Of a DNA stretch of 64,000 nucleotides, positions 25,801 through 37,846 are shown piece by piece. This stretch comes from Hydrolagus colliei (lineage: Eukaryota). The DNA is taken from positions 3,224,001 to 3,288,000 of the forward strand of contig CM068759.1 of NCBI GenBank assembly GCA_035084275.1, in the 5' to 3' direction. Both the position numbers and the translations under genes were made by a program. The notes beneath the pieces were generated by a model. That model did no database searches and was not told the DNA's origin. It saw only the letters and a list, made by a program, of their open reading frames with translations. Position 1 is the stretch's first letter; every line of letters starts with the position of its first letter.

Positions 25801-26559
25801 CATGAAATTAAAAGCATAAATAGGATTTTAATAAGTCTATAAAATGAGCCACATTGCAGAGGAAAATCTGTTCTTTAAGTTTTTTTAACCCCTTTTAATT
25901 GCCAGTTCAAAGCCAGTTGATTATGGTGCACTATCTGAATAAAGCTTTATCAAGAACACACACAGACAGTATAATAATGAGGCATACATTGGAGACAATT
26001 AAATCCTATTAACTTCTACCCAAAACTCAACTAATTGATTGATTAATGTTCAAAATGGAAGGAAAAATGTTGAATAATCAATCAAATTAAAGCGTGTATT
26101 TAAAACTATTTACTTAAATTAGTTCTCCCACCCATCACAGACCAGGCTGAGAAAAAAATATATATTTCAGCCGTTGTTAAGAATATTCCAATCGAATGAC
26201 ACCGTGAATAATGTAAGGCTACCTTATGAGCCTCACTAGCCAGTGAACATCAACCAGTTGAACCAACCTCTAATAGCTATGATTTAGGTCTAATAAGATT
26301 GTGAAGCAATTTCTTATGGGATTCCTTAACCAAAATTCTGAGCGGGATTTGTTTCTTGGAACTCACTCTGCTCTGAAAGCAAACAGTATCAGAGAAAAAT
26401 TCCCGTTATATACTTCCAGTTTCATTAATGTGCTAGAAATCACCATTTCTTAGATCCTATTTAAAGTCAAAGTGTTTAGTTTACTGTCTTTTAATACGAG
26501 TGCTTTTTATCCGATGGGACATAGTCAATTGATATCACGCAGGCTTGCAAGACAACACT

Positions 26560-26776
26560 ACCTCGGTTGGCAGCAGTCTTGCACTTCCAGTCAGAAACAG
26601 GTTCAAGCCCCACATCAGGACTTTGAGCTCAAAGTCTAGGCTGACACTCCAGGGCAATGTTGGGGGAGCGATGCCAATTGGCAGCTGTGTTCATCAAATT
26701 TAGTCACTGCACATCATAGGAAATCCTATGAAACATTGTGAGATCTAAACTATTGTATCAAACTCTAGGATTATTT
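26560..26776 (+). mobile_element. Old DeuSINE, internally deleted
   Basis: AGTCAGAAACAGGTTCAAGCCCCAC...CTAGGCTGACACTCCAG head joined to AATTGGCAGCTG...GGATTATT tail. Confidence 0.55.
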
Positions 26777-28460
26777 TAATCCAGATAAAGCACACGAGTC
26801 TAAGATGCGTTTGAAGTATACTCAAACATTTCTGGCAATCTTGGACTTTTTGATTTCTCGGATCTGTTTTGCTTCCTCTCACAAGCGCAATACGTTATTC
26901 CGGTCCTTTTAATTTCCTGACATATTTTTTTGACACATCCTTGCAAACAAAAGGAAGTATCTATCACTTATCAACACATCACAAAAGACATCCCAAACTT
27001 ACTACAGATGGTTCTACATTTTGTCATGTTAACATACAACATGTAAGGAATTGTTCTGCAATATCTTTGTGGTGAACATTAATATTTTACAATGCTCGAG
27101 GCTAAGGATAGTAGACATACAGGAAAGATTTTTATTTTGTGCATATGGCTAGTGATGACAGGCTATCTGGGGTTACCTACCTTGCCATTCATTCTCCTTC
27201 AACAATAACCTGCTGTTTGAGCTACTGAACGCCTCAGAATCAATCCTCATTGCTCTTTCAAATTAAACCAGTCAACGGTGACTCTAAATCTCACCATGTA
27301 TCCCAATTACTTCACCGAAGAGCAGAACACCAACAAAATGTGCAAAAAGTCCATGTGAATGGCCTTCAATATTAATTCAAAACATTTCCTAAATCATGCA
27401 CAGGATTAAACCACACATTTTAATGAGAATGCAAACCCAATATGCTTCGCCTTCATTGAAAGGCAACACATGGTTTACAGGTCACTTGATGTGTCATACA
27501 TATGGGCAATAATTAGCCAAGGCAGTTTATGCAAGCTAATTACAATCTCCATCGCCTTGCTCAATCTCAACTCTATTTCATATCTACTAAGTACAATTTC
27601 AATTTAGTTGTCAAATTACAAACAGATTGAAGAAAAAAAGATGACATTTTAAACACTTTGGGTAAATCGTTTTTTTAAAAATAAGCAGACAGTATTGATA
27701 ATAGTGTGACATTAATCCTTTCATTTGATACAGTGATTTTCAAATCAGGAACGCATCGCAAAGCACTTCACAGAATACTCTGTGAAGTGTAGTGATGGTG
27801 TATTTTATCGGTGAACATATTAGCGATCAGATGTATACAGACGTCTAGTTAACTTTCAGGTTATTCTGTGATGCATAGAATTTATAAAGGGATCGGGGAA
27901 CCATTGTAATATTGAGTACTTTGAACAAGACTGATTAAGGTTACACTGGCTACTCTGGCTATAGCATAGAATGGTGCAGTAATTATCATTAAGGTGTTGA
28001 TGGGGAGGAGAGGGTCAAAGATTACCTTCCTGTGAAACTGCGATTGATTCACACTGTAGTTAAAAGATTCCTTTTATAACCCTGTAATGATCTAAAAGGA
28101 GACCTCGGGAGACTAAACCTCTTTGACAGATTATATGTCAATGAGGCCCTTTTGAAGTAGCTGCCCGAGTCTTCGCTTGCTATCACTGCCTACCTGTATC
28201 TCCTGACTTTATTTATCACAGTAGTGGTCTGGAGAACACAAAACCAATTTGATCAGAAATTATCTGCTGTGTTTTGAATCAATCGGCTGAGTTGATATAG
28301 ACACTCCTGGTTTTAGGTCAGGACCTTTGGAATCCTTTTTTACTCTGTATTACAGTATACCCAACCAAATTCAAATCTCTCCTTTGAACGCATAAAAATT
28401 AAAATTGAGAATTTGTTGTGGTGCAGAGAGATTTGTGTTTTTAAATGCTACTGGATTTTG

Positions 28461-28730
28461 AACAACAATAATAACAACAATAATCCTTGCATTTGATATA
28501 ACGCTTTTCATATCTTCTCTATATCTCAAAACATTTCACAAAATATACTGTAAAGTGAATTGACTGTATATTTGTGGGTGAAACGCAGCAGCCAATTGCG
28601 CACAGCAGCGTCCCCACAAACAATAGTGGATTGAAGTGATCAATTTATTATCATTTTTCTTGAAGGATTATTATCAGGCTTGTGGAGTAAGCAAACTCAC
28701 CCAAAGTTTTGCCCAGCCTGGAAACAAACC
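28461..28730 (-). mobile_element. Deu-domain SINE (SINE2-1_CM-like), 5'-truncated
   Basis: AATAATCCTTGCATTTGATATA...GCAGCCAATTGCGCACAGCAGCGTCCCCACAAAC...GTGGAGTAAGCAAACT. Collinear with 22533-22858. Confidence 0.88.
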
Positions 28731-29197
28731 ATACAATCCGTAGGCAAACTGAATGCAAATGGAATTGTTGAAACCTGTTTTGAGTTAGGTTACGTTCAAG
28801 AAACATCCTAAAAAAGAAAGAGGTTCTGATTATCTGAGAAAAAGACTGCGATCCATAGGCAGATTGGTAACATCTTTATTAGCAACTAAAGAAGAATTAC
28901 AGGAACTAAACAGCACTTTGTAGAATCAAAGAGCTTTGTAGAATCAAAGAGGATTTGATGATACAGTACTACTACAGAAGATAGTGACAAGCAAGTCCTT
29001 GGAGCTCTGCGCAGATTATTTTTTCTGAGTATCCTCTTGATACCGGATATGTGGAGTGAGTGCAGAAGGTGAGTCAGCAGCAATCAGTTCACAACCGGAA
29101 TTGGACCATCTCCCCAGCCAGTTCTCATTGATGATTATGGACTCAATGACTTAGTGTTACTCAATAGAGCTGGAAACCTCTCCAAACTCGGGGAGGA

Positions 29198-29330
29198 CGG
29201 GTTTGCGGTGTTATGGGGAGAGAGCCAGGGAGTGGGATTGACTTTGAATAGCTCTTTTCAAAGAGCCGGCACAGACTGGATGGGCCGTATGGCCTCCTTT
29301 TGTGCTGAAATGTTCTATGATTCTATGATT
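29198..29330 (+). mobile_element. CR1 (HER1-like) 3' tail
   Basis: GCTCTTTTCAAAGAGCCGGCACAGACTGGATGGGCCGTATGGCCTCCTTTTGTGCTG...TTCTATGATTCTATGATT, the CR1 octamer tail. Confidence 0.8.
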
Positions 29331-29892
29331 CACCCACCTCACTCACAGTACAGGGTGACCAGAAAGTCATAGTACAAATAAAATGTCTAATAAGTCTTAA
29401 AGAAATGCTTTGCTTTGGGATGCCCACCTGACGTGAAAGATGCTCTAAAAGTGTAATTTTGTTGTTATAGTGTAGATAATAGGATAGCTGAAAAATAAGC
29501 CTTTTTGGTCACCCAGTACATCTTCGGTATCATATTTCTTTTCCTATATAACGTGGTTCAGCCAGGCAACCAACTAATAATGGGAAGTTACCAATTTATT
29601 CCACTTTGTATTGAATGGCAGATGGCAGAGTAAAAGGTTACACAATATGTATAGCAGATATGACATTCATTTTGAAGTTTTCGCTTTCCAATTGTGTTGG
29701 CAGGCTGTCCTTGAATCCTTTCTGTTCTGCAGAATTCCGCTCTCTCATGCCTTTATACAGAACCAGTCTAAAAAAAATTCAACATAAGTTTGGCTTCCAA
29801 CAGTTTGCTCTCTCCAGCTTCTTCTCTTTTCGCCAAGGACAACTGTGCTCAACGTTTTGATTGATTTCCAATGCTCACTTGTTGTGCGTTCT

Positions 29893-30315
29893 ACAATAAT
29901 CCTTGCATTTAATGAAGTGTTTTTCGCATCAGGATGACACCTGAAAGAACTTCACAGGAATTTACAACAACAACAAATTGCATTTGCAAAGCGCCCCTCT
30001 CAAGGTAGTGTCCCAGAGTGCTTAAATTCACTGTGTGTTGTGTACACAATTTGGGCAACTCAATGTCCCTCAAGCAGCCAGGAGGAACTGACTTAATTTC
30101 TTCAGTAGTGCTATGGGATCATCCATGCAAACAGACAGACTGGACTTTGGCTCAACATCGCATCTGAAGGACGGGACCTCCAACAATACAGCACATGCAG
30201 CACCGCATTGGAGGGTCAGTTTAGACTATATGAGTTCAAAGTCCTGACGCGAGACTTGAACCCACAACCTTCTGACTCAGAGGCAAGAGTGCATCCAACT
30301 AAGCCAGGCTGACAC
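29893..30315 (-). mobile_element. Old DeuSINE (SacSINE1-like) with an L2 tail inserted at ~29964-30023
   Basis: GACTTGAACCCACAACCTTCTGACTCAGAGGCAAGAGTG (reverse-complement head), CATCTGAAGGACGG and AATAATCCTTGCATTT tail. Confidence 0.75.
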
Positions 30316-31697
30316 ACACACACCATGTACAATTTGTGCGAGTCTGCAACTTAAAGCCCTTCAGCTATGTACTGTGTTAATATGTTTTTGCTCTGCAGTT
30401 CACAGTTTTGCAGCCTGAAAAAATTGTTCAGACACAAACCATGAGGTTTAAGAAGAGGTAATCAATAAGGCCTACTTATCTGGATTGATTAGCTTGCTAC
30501 TGAAGATATTATTGTTTGTTTGGTTCGTCTTCCCCAGCCCCACTCCCCCACCACTCCCAAATAGCCCCAGGGTTACAGAGCTTTTGGGAGACTTAATTCC
30601 AGGCAGATACAAAAAGAACATTGCTACTTTCTATTGTAAAGAACAGCTCAAGTTGTCAATAAAAGCTTAACTTTTTAAGCATCATAAAAAGAATTGGGAT
30701 GGGGGGGGGTTAAACAATGACCAATGTATGCCTCATTCAGCAAGCATGGGGAAATTGCCAATTCTTCCTGAAAGCAGTTTTACAATACATTGTCAGATAA
30801 TTTATTCTGAATACCATCAAAATAAAATGTACTGTACATTCAAAGCCTTTAAAACCTCTTAATCCCGTCAAGGAGATTGTAACCTTGCTGCAATGGAATA
30901 AAGACAACAAGGTCACAATTTATTCTGTTTTTTCTATATAAACTGGAGAGTAAAGAAATACCACGTGGTTCCTTCACTGCTATCATCCAACTTAATATTC
31001 AGTGAAAGGTTTGTTGGAAATGATTTTTTTCTAGATGCTGTAAAAGAAAAATGGGATGGTAAAATCTAATTTGTTCTCTCAGCTCTTCAACGCACACACA
31101 GATGCACAGAAACATTTGATGCTGGAACTTCTTGATCACTTAAGAACTCTCCAGTACCTTACCCTTAACCATACAGAAAAAAAGCACCCGTGCAATGATT
31201 TTCTACTCCCGAGACAAATCATTCTTGCAGCCTCTGCCAGCAACCTTGCCAATTTGGTGGCAATATATAGTTCCAATGGAAAATTTCCAACCGGAAATTT
31301 GCTCAGGCAGACCCGTTCCTTGTAAAGTTCATTACAGCCACCAGAGGAGACTGTTATCCTGTGAGTATAGGCTAGAATTGAACCTGGTTCCAAGGGAGAG
31401 TGGAAAGAAGATTGTGTTAACCAACTGTGCCACTGAGTTTTCCTCCAAGCAGGTATTTCTATTTTATTCTTGTAAGAATTTTATTTCTGCAGCGTAGCAT
31501 TAAAGATGTGATTAAGTGAAAAACCTATTCAAATATAGCAAAAAGAAAATACCCACAACATATTATTTGATGTGATAAAGGTTGCACATTTCTCCAAACT
31601 AAGCAGGTAGTACATAAATAAATCAAAGAAGAAATAATAAACCCACTTGGTTTAATTCTCCCTGCAGTTCTATAATGCACCATGCACCTTGTCTAGA

Positions 31698-31924
31698 TAA
31701 TACCATGGGATCTTTAACGTCCCAGGCGTTAAGGGTTCTAAAGGCATCCTAAACCCAGGATCTTGGTTTGAACGTCTCATGTCTGAAGGACGGCACCTCT
31801 GAAAATGCGACCCTCCCCACAGCACTGCAGTGTCAGCTCAGACGTGATTCCAAGTCCTGACTTGAGGCTTAAACCCGCAACCTTCTGATTCAGAGGTGAG
31901 TGTGCGCTGCCGACCAAGCGTACC
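31698..31924 (-). mobile_element. Old DeuSINE 5' half
   Basis: CCATGGGATCTTTAACGTCC...AACGTCTCATGTCTGAAGGACGGCACCTCTGA...AACCCGCAACCTTCTGATTCAGAGG. Confidence 0.75.
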
Positions 31925-32024
31925 ACAAGTAAGTGTGAGGCTGTGCATTCACTTTATAGCAGGACCCACTTGCATTGCAAGTTTTCCTCGATGTTCTCTG
32001 TCCCCCAGCACAAAGAGTATTGAA

Positions 32025-32169
32025 TCCGCTTGTATCACTGCCCTACTGCCACACCGAATCAGACCAGCCACGCCAATAACAAAGCGGGATTAAACCCTGT
32101 GATGCCTGGACCTGTAAAGCTCGGTTTCGCTCTAGTCAGTGGCTTTCCAACTGTGCCATTCGGAGGATC
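32025..32169 (-). mobile_element. AmnSINE2-like SINE 5' part
   Basis: Minus strand: tRNA-like head ATGGCACAGTTGG...GGGTTTAATCCC followed by GGCAGTAGGGC. Confidence 0.45.
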
Positions 32170-33855
32170 TGTTTTGAAAGATCTAATTTGAAAAGATCTG
32201 CTCTTTAACTACTCATTTCTGCTCAACAAGCAAATCTATCATAGCTTTCATAATCAAATCGTCTGAAGATGTGATCACACGAGAGAGAGAGAGAAAGAGA
32301 GAGAGAGGAGAAAATCCATTTTCTAAAACAAATGAAGCAGTCTGCTGTTGCTTGCTCATTCTCCACACATCAGTCACAGAACGCAACAAATCTGACATCT
32401 TCTATTAACCAAAAAGACAGTGACATTTTCCGAAAGGGACTGCAACAAGAGAATGTCTGAGTTATGTTGATTGTATATCCACGGATTGACAAATAACCCT
32501 GTCAGTTTACAAATAAAGGGGCAAACACATTATGGGGTAGATACTGTAAAGCTGACCACTGTGTCAGTCTCACCTACACTACTGCAATATAATGTTTAAA
32601 TCCAAGAAGCCGAGCAGATAACACATACACACTTTTATGAAGACAGCAAAGCAGACACAAGTTAACTTCTGAAACATAATGATCAGTTGGACTACTACTC
32701 TCTGCACTTCAAAGACAAAAACTGCTAAACATTCTAAGCTGTGTTACATAGAGGAATGGAGGAAAGCAAAATACTTTCGGTAGGCAACTTAATAAAAACA
32801 ACTTCACTCGAGGTAGCATCTCAGCGAAGGACATTAATAGTCAAGGTTAGGCTCTTGCTGTGCTTAAATGCTGTGCTTAAATAAATAGTTATGTATAGAA
32901 TCTACATTGTTTTATTCCATTAAAGGAGAGGAGCTCCACTGAGACTACCAGCAGGTCTGAATCAAACTGTTAGAACTTTATATGGAAATTGGAACGTTTA
33001 TACGCTTTTAAAATCTTGGATTTCATACCACTCAAGGGCAAGATAACAATTAGCTTCAAACGAATCTGGTTAATGACAAAATACCATTAAGAAAACCCTC
33101 CCAATTAAAAGGAAAGCAGAACAGAGTTGGAGGAACCTTGGCATTACTCTGGCGTGTCTTAAACAACAACAGTAAGATCAGCATCGGCAGCAGCATTAGC
33201 AGCCCGATAACTGGCACCAAATATCACACCAGCAAACTACAGGACCATACAGGACTCCGTTCTGTACATATCCTTCCAACTCCCATTCCCCATGCGAGGA
33301 ATGCAGCTGGTCTTCACTCTACACCTGTGTTTGCATGGCTGTGATCGGGAACTCAAGAGGTGAGCATTCTCATTGACAAAAATGTTTCCAACCACTTCAT
33401 ATTGCACTTTCATATTGCACCCTCCTTTAATAACTTGCTCACGACTCAGTTGCATGGGTAGCCCTGCTCATTAATTAAATAAATCTGCTGCTCACATAAC
33501 ATATTCTCTCCATGAAACTTTCATTAAGTACACGGAGATGAAAGGCTGTCATAATATTGTACTTTAGATTAGTTTTAAAATCATATTTGTTAAACTCCTC
33601 AGCACGTGTGCTATTGGGGTAAGATGATAGAATGGATACTTAAGAAAAGGTTAAATACATCCACATTTCTTAAGAATAGGTTAAATATATTCAGAATTTC
33701 AAACATGTGACTATCAGCCTCGGAGAGTAGAAAATGTTACACACGACAAGAGGAAAAGGTATCCAACTGTTCTCAAATAAGGATCCAGAAAAGGTTTGCA
33801 GGCTTTTCCAGTTCTTCCCTCTATACTTTGTTCCCCTCTTTCCCTCTACATTTAT

Positions 33856-33973
33856 GGGGCGTCCTCCCAACGTGAAAGGTGCTACACAAAAGTAATTCTG
33901 TTGTTGTATATTTAAGCGCTCTGAGACGCTACCCTGCATGGAGGGCACTATATAAGTGCAAGTTGTTGTTGTT
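33856..33973 (+). mobile_element. Two tandem L2 3'-tail insertions of different subtypes
   Basis: GTCCTCCCAACGTGAAAGGTGCTA...TGTTGTTG, then AAGCGCTCTGAGACGCTACCCTGCATGGAGGGCACTATATAAGTGCAAG(TTG)n. Confidence 0.75.
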
Positions 33974-34792
33974 ATATCCCCTCTCTTTGTCCCCATCTCT
34001 CCCTCTCCCACACACAAATATTATTGAGAATAAGGAGCCCACACACCAAAATATAGTGCATCATTAAGATTGAAAAGTTGAGAACAGGTTATTAGATGAT
34101 GCTAAGCTTGCGTTCGACAAGAAAAGTATGATAATATTGGACAAAGGGTTGAGAAATTAAACAGAAAGCGGGGGAAAGGACAAAATGTAAAATTAAATAA
34201 GGTGCTTATAGGAGGTATGAGGCAGGGAGACTTGAGAAGGAGAGGGTTCAAGAACGGTTGATTGATGAAGATCTAACTTCACGGGGTCACAGGTGCTAGT
34301 TAGGCTACGGCCTTGAATTCTTTTCATTAAATTCTCACTTGTTGTGCAAGCGCCAGCGATTGACACTTTGTTTGATGAATGAGCTTGTGAAAGGTGTTTA
34401 CAGCTGGTTTGAAGGGTCAGTGGCCCGATTCGTGAGGACTGGGGTCCTGGCACATACATCTTTGTCAACAAGAAGAGCCTCCTGTCACTTTTGTTTATCA
34501 CTCTGGCAGCTTAACTACGTCCGCTGTAAGGTTTGTCTTATTATCGCGGTCGATTTAGAAATTCGGTTCAAAACTCAGATGGCTTCTGCATTGCCGTTTG
34601 CGGAGAAAAAAAAGCCTTGTACAATTGAGATGTGAACAGTAATGAGAGAGAGGGTTATGACTGAATGGGCCCTGACTGTCCCATGTGAAAAATTACAGTT
34701 CGCTGCAACAATAAATAAAGTGACTTTGGAAACATTAGGTCTGAAAAGGTGAACAATAATATTATACCAGGCTCATGATGTACAGGCTATGA

Positions 34793-34950
34793 AATAATAA
34801 TAATAATAATCCTTGCATTTGATATAGCGCCTTATCATGTCTTCAAGATGCCTCAAAAGCGCTTCACACAACATACTGTAAAGTGAATTGACTGTATATT
34901 TTGTAGTGCGAAACGCGGCAGCCAACTGCTCACGGCAGTGTCAAACAAAT
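34793..34950 (-). mobile_element. Deu-domain SINE 3' fragment
   Basis: (AAT)nCCTTGCATTTGATATAGCGCC...GTGAATTGACTGTATATT...GCGGCAGCCAA. Confidence 0.85.
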
Positions 34951-35275
34951 GCATTCCAATGTACAACTGAGGATATAAGGCTTATTTGCTGAAAGCTGGT
35001 TCTGTGCTATCCCTGGGATGTCTCCCCAGTGGGCACAACATGCGGGTGAACATTGTCGGAGCCCAGGTGCACTGAATGCATCCATTTCTGACGCCGCACA
35101 AACCTTGAGTGCAATCCCTTTTTGCGCGCAAGATTTCATCACAATTTTCTAATGAGAAGCTGGGATGTTAAAACATCAGGAAACTGCCAAATATCAGTCA
35201 CAATGATTTTTTTTCGTGATCAATGCGAGAGGATTTTCAGTGGGTTGCTAATGAGTCACTGCTCAATAATAGCTT

Positions 35276-35410
35276 AAAGGGGACATCTCATCCAGCTCTG
35301 ATCAAAGACATCAGCATCCACATGCTTTCCAACAGGGACCACTGGAAAGGATTTGTGTTGGAACTGTGACCTTTTGACTTCTTAGACCTGGGCTGTTAAG
35401 CCCAAGTTAA
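35276..35410 (-). mobile_element. AmnSINE2-like fragment
   Basis: CATCCACATGCTTTCCAACAGGGACCACTGGA matches the reverse complement of TCCAGTGACCCCTGCTGGAAAG. Confidence 0.45.
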
Positions 35411-35999
35411 ATCTTTTTTCGCTGCGAATAGCTTCCTGGTCAGTCCATCATTCAGTCTACAACAACAACAATTTGCATTTATATACCACCCTTCAAGCTT
35501 GAGTGGAGTCCATTTAACCACTGAGACATAAAAGGAGCCTCAGTTTACAAATCTCTGATCCATTTCAAAAACAGAAACATGCGCAAAAAAAAACACTTGC
35601 AAACCAGAGGTTCAGTAGACTTACATCCCGGGAGTGATACTGAATAATAAATGAGCATAGCTTGGCTCACTTGAACAGGCTATAAGATGACTTGGGCACA
35701 GTTCCAAATGAAGGACTCGTGGGGGGAAAAAGGGAAGAGAAAATTGTGCTCAGAAATACAATAATCAAATAGAGGAATAGATAATTGCCCTGCTTCCAGC
35801 TAGATGCTTGCCTAGGAATAACAAAGAAACGAAAAAAGGTTAGTTCTATTAATTAGGTAAATCCCATGTGAATATTGTATATTAGTGTGATGGCTGGACA
35901 GAGAGAGATTCAAAAAACGTTCAACACAGCTAAAACATAAATGGTTCAGACATCAAAGTCGGATTGTAATATATATATATGTATATATAAAGACATCCT

Positions 36000-36240
36000 G
36001 ATTTGACTCGCACTGCGCCTTCACACATGAGGCACTGGCAGTATCAACCTCCATTGCACACTCTACCTCACCAAGCCAGCCATGAACCTGGGTGTCTTGT
36101 TCGATCCTCAACTGTCCATATCCATGCCATGACATGCTCAGCCTCTCTCACCTCCGCAACATTGCCCGACTCCGCCACTATCTCACCCTGAGGCCACTGA
36201 AACTCTCACTCATGCCTTTATCACACCCAGGCTCGACTAT
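36000..36240 (+). mobile_element. L2 LINE ORF2 (RT thumb region) remnant
   Basis: Frameshifted translation NLGVLFDPQLS...HLRNIARLRHYLT.EATETLTHAFITPRLDY, diagnostic of L2. Confidence 0.85.
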
Positions 36241-37150
36241 ATGGGTTAAAAACTTCCAGTTTTATTTTTATTAGACATGTTACTGCTCGTCAATACGTGC
36301 CCACTGATCAAAAACACTGATTGTGGAATGGCTACAATGAATGGAGAGTTCTGTAGTATTATTACTGAACTCAAAAACATGTAAACTATTAAACTGTATC
36401 AAAGATTCAACCGGCGATATCTCTTGACCTTGATGTGGCACAAGGTATTTGTTGTTTAGCATATGAATCCTGTTAACATAACTAATTTATTTTTAATCAA
36501 AAGCCAGCGGAGACAGCCAAACCATTTACAGTATTACAGAAAATGAATTGGTCTTTATCCTTCTGTTCGTTGAACAAGATCTAAAAATGGGCTGATTTCA
36601 AAGTTTCTGATGTGTAACCGGAGCGAAGTGAAAAAGGCAGCAAACTGAAGACGACTAGAAGAAACTTTTTTGTCCCATTACAATGGAGAATATTGGTCTG
36701 AGATAGAAGTCTCACAGAGAGGACTTTACTTTGCGGGGATGGAGAGGGGGTGTGGGTGGGCAGCGTTGCCAATCTTATTCAGCTGCGAAGCATTGAAAAC
36801 TGACATAGATGCAGGTTAATGAAACAAACAGTAGGAGAGATTGTGTCTGCCCTGGAGTTAATGTAACTCGGTGTTCTCCCAGTTAGAGGGAACTATTGAC
36901 AGATTCTGAAGGCTATTTTCTATTGTGGTAATTGCACATGACAAATGTGAGGTCGTCTTTTACTCCCGTAGATACGTATCCACCTTTTCTACAAGATGCT
37001 TTCCCCAATCTTCCTCTTGTAGTATTTTTCACTTTGTGACTTTCATTCGAAGTTCACAGCGTGTCCGCTCTTCAGAATAATCGCATGCTGTCATCCGAAG
37101 ACAATAGACAAAATAATTCCAAACTTGACTTGAAAGCGCTTCTCAATAAA

Positions 37151-37339
37151 TAATAAATTGGTCACTCAATCCACCACTGTTTGCGGGACCTCGCTGTGTG
37201 CAACGAGCTGCCGCCTATTGCCCACAAAATGTACAGTCAATTCACTTTGCAGAATATTGTGTGAAGTGCTTTGAGAAACCTCGACGACTTGGAACGGCGC
37301 TAAATCAAATGCAAGGATTATTATTATAATTAGTATTAT
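37151..37339 (+). mobile_element. Deu-domain SINE 3' half
   Basis: AAATTGGTCACTCAATCCAC...ACAGTCAATTCACTTT...ATCAAATGCAAGG(ATT)n. Confidence 0.85.
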
Positions 37340-37480
37340 CCACCTCCCCATATTGCTGTATCCAGATCTTAGCAGTGTCCATAGCCGTTTAGCTCCTCCA
37401 AAGCTTTCCCCTTATCTCTACTCACAGCAATGACTCATGTTGGGGTACGGTTCTACACTTTGCTACTGCCCCAAAGTGAC

Positions 37481-37846
37481 TAATAACAGCGGTCCTTGCG
37501 TTTGATATAGCACCTTGTCATCATTGAGACATTTCAAAGCGCTTCTCAGCATACATTGAAAGTAGATTGACTGTGTATTCTGTGGGCAAAACACAGCAGC
37601 CAATCAATCGTACACAGTATTGAGCCACAAACAGTCGTGGATTGAGTGGCCCAATTTTGGGGGGAAGAATTATTACCCCCGAAATGTGATAGTCCAGTCG
37701 ACTAACAATTGTGTTCCTACTCACTGCTAGGTAGACAGAGGCGGTGGAATAAAAAAACTTGCCTAAGGTTTCTCCCCGCTCCAGGAATCGATCCTGGGTC
37801 TTCTCGTTTGAGCTGAAGGCTCTATCCGCTACGTGACAGGACTCCA
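37481..37846 (-). mobile_element. Full-length Deu-domain SINE, long variant with an extra ~62-nt central block
   Basis: Head (minus strand) TGGAGTCCTGTCACGTAGCGG...GGATCGATTCC, Deu core and tail. Extra block at 37677-37738. Confidence 0.8.

Noticed and set aside
28916-28951. Short tandem duplications (also ~11292-11319, ~32857-32882, ~33639-33690, 47801-47847) as an array or CRISPR-like structure
   Set aside because: Isolated two-copy slippage duplications with no spacers. The DNA is eukaryotic and has no cas genes.
34193-34501. L2 reverse-transcriptase motif (VPGPQSSRIGPL resembling GVPQGS.LGP)
   Set aside because: The resemblance is limited to a few residues and flanking RT motifs were not recognised.
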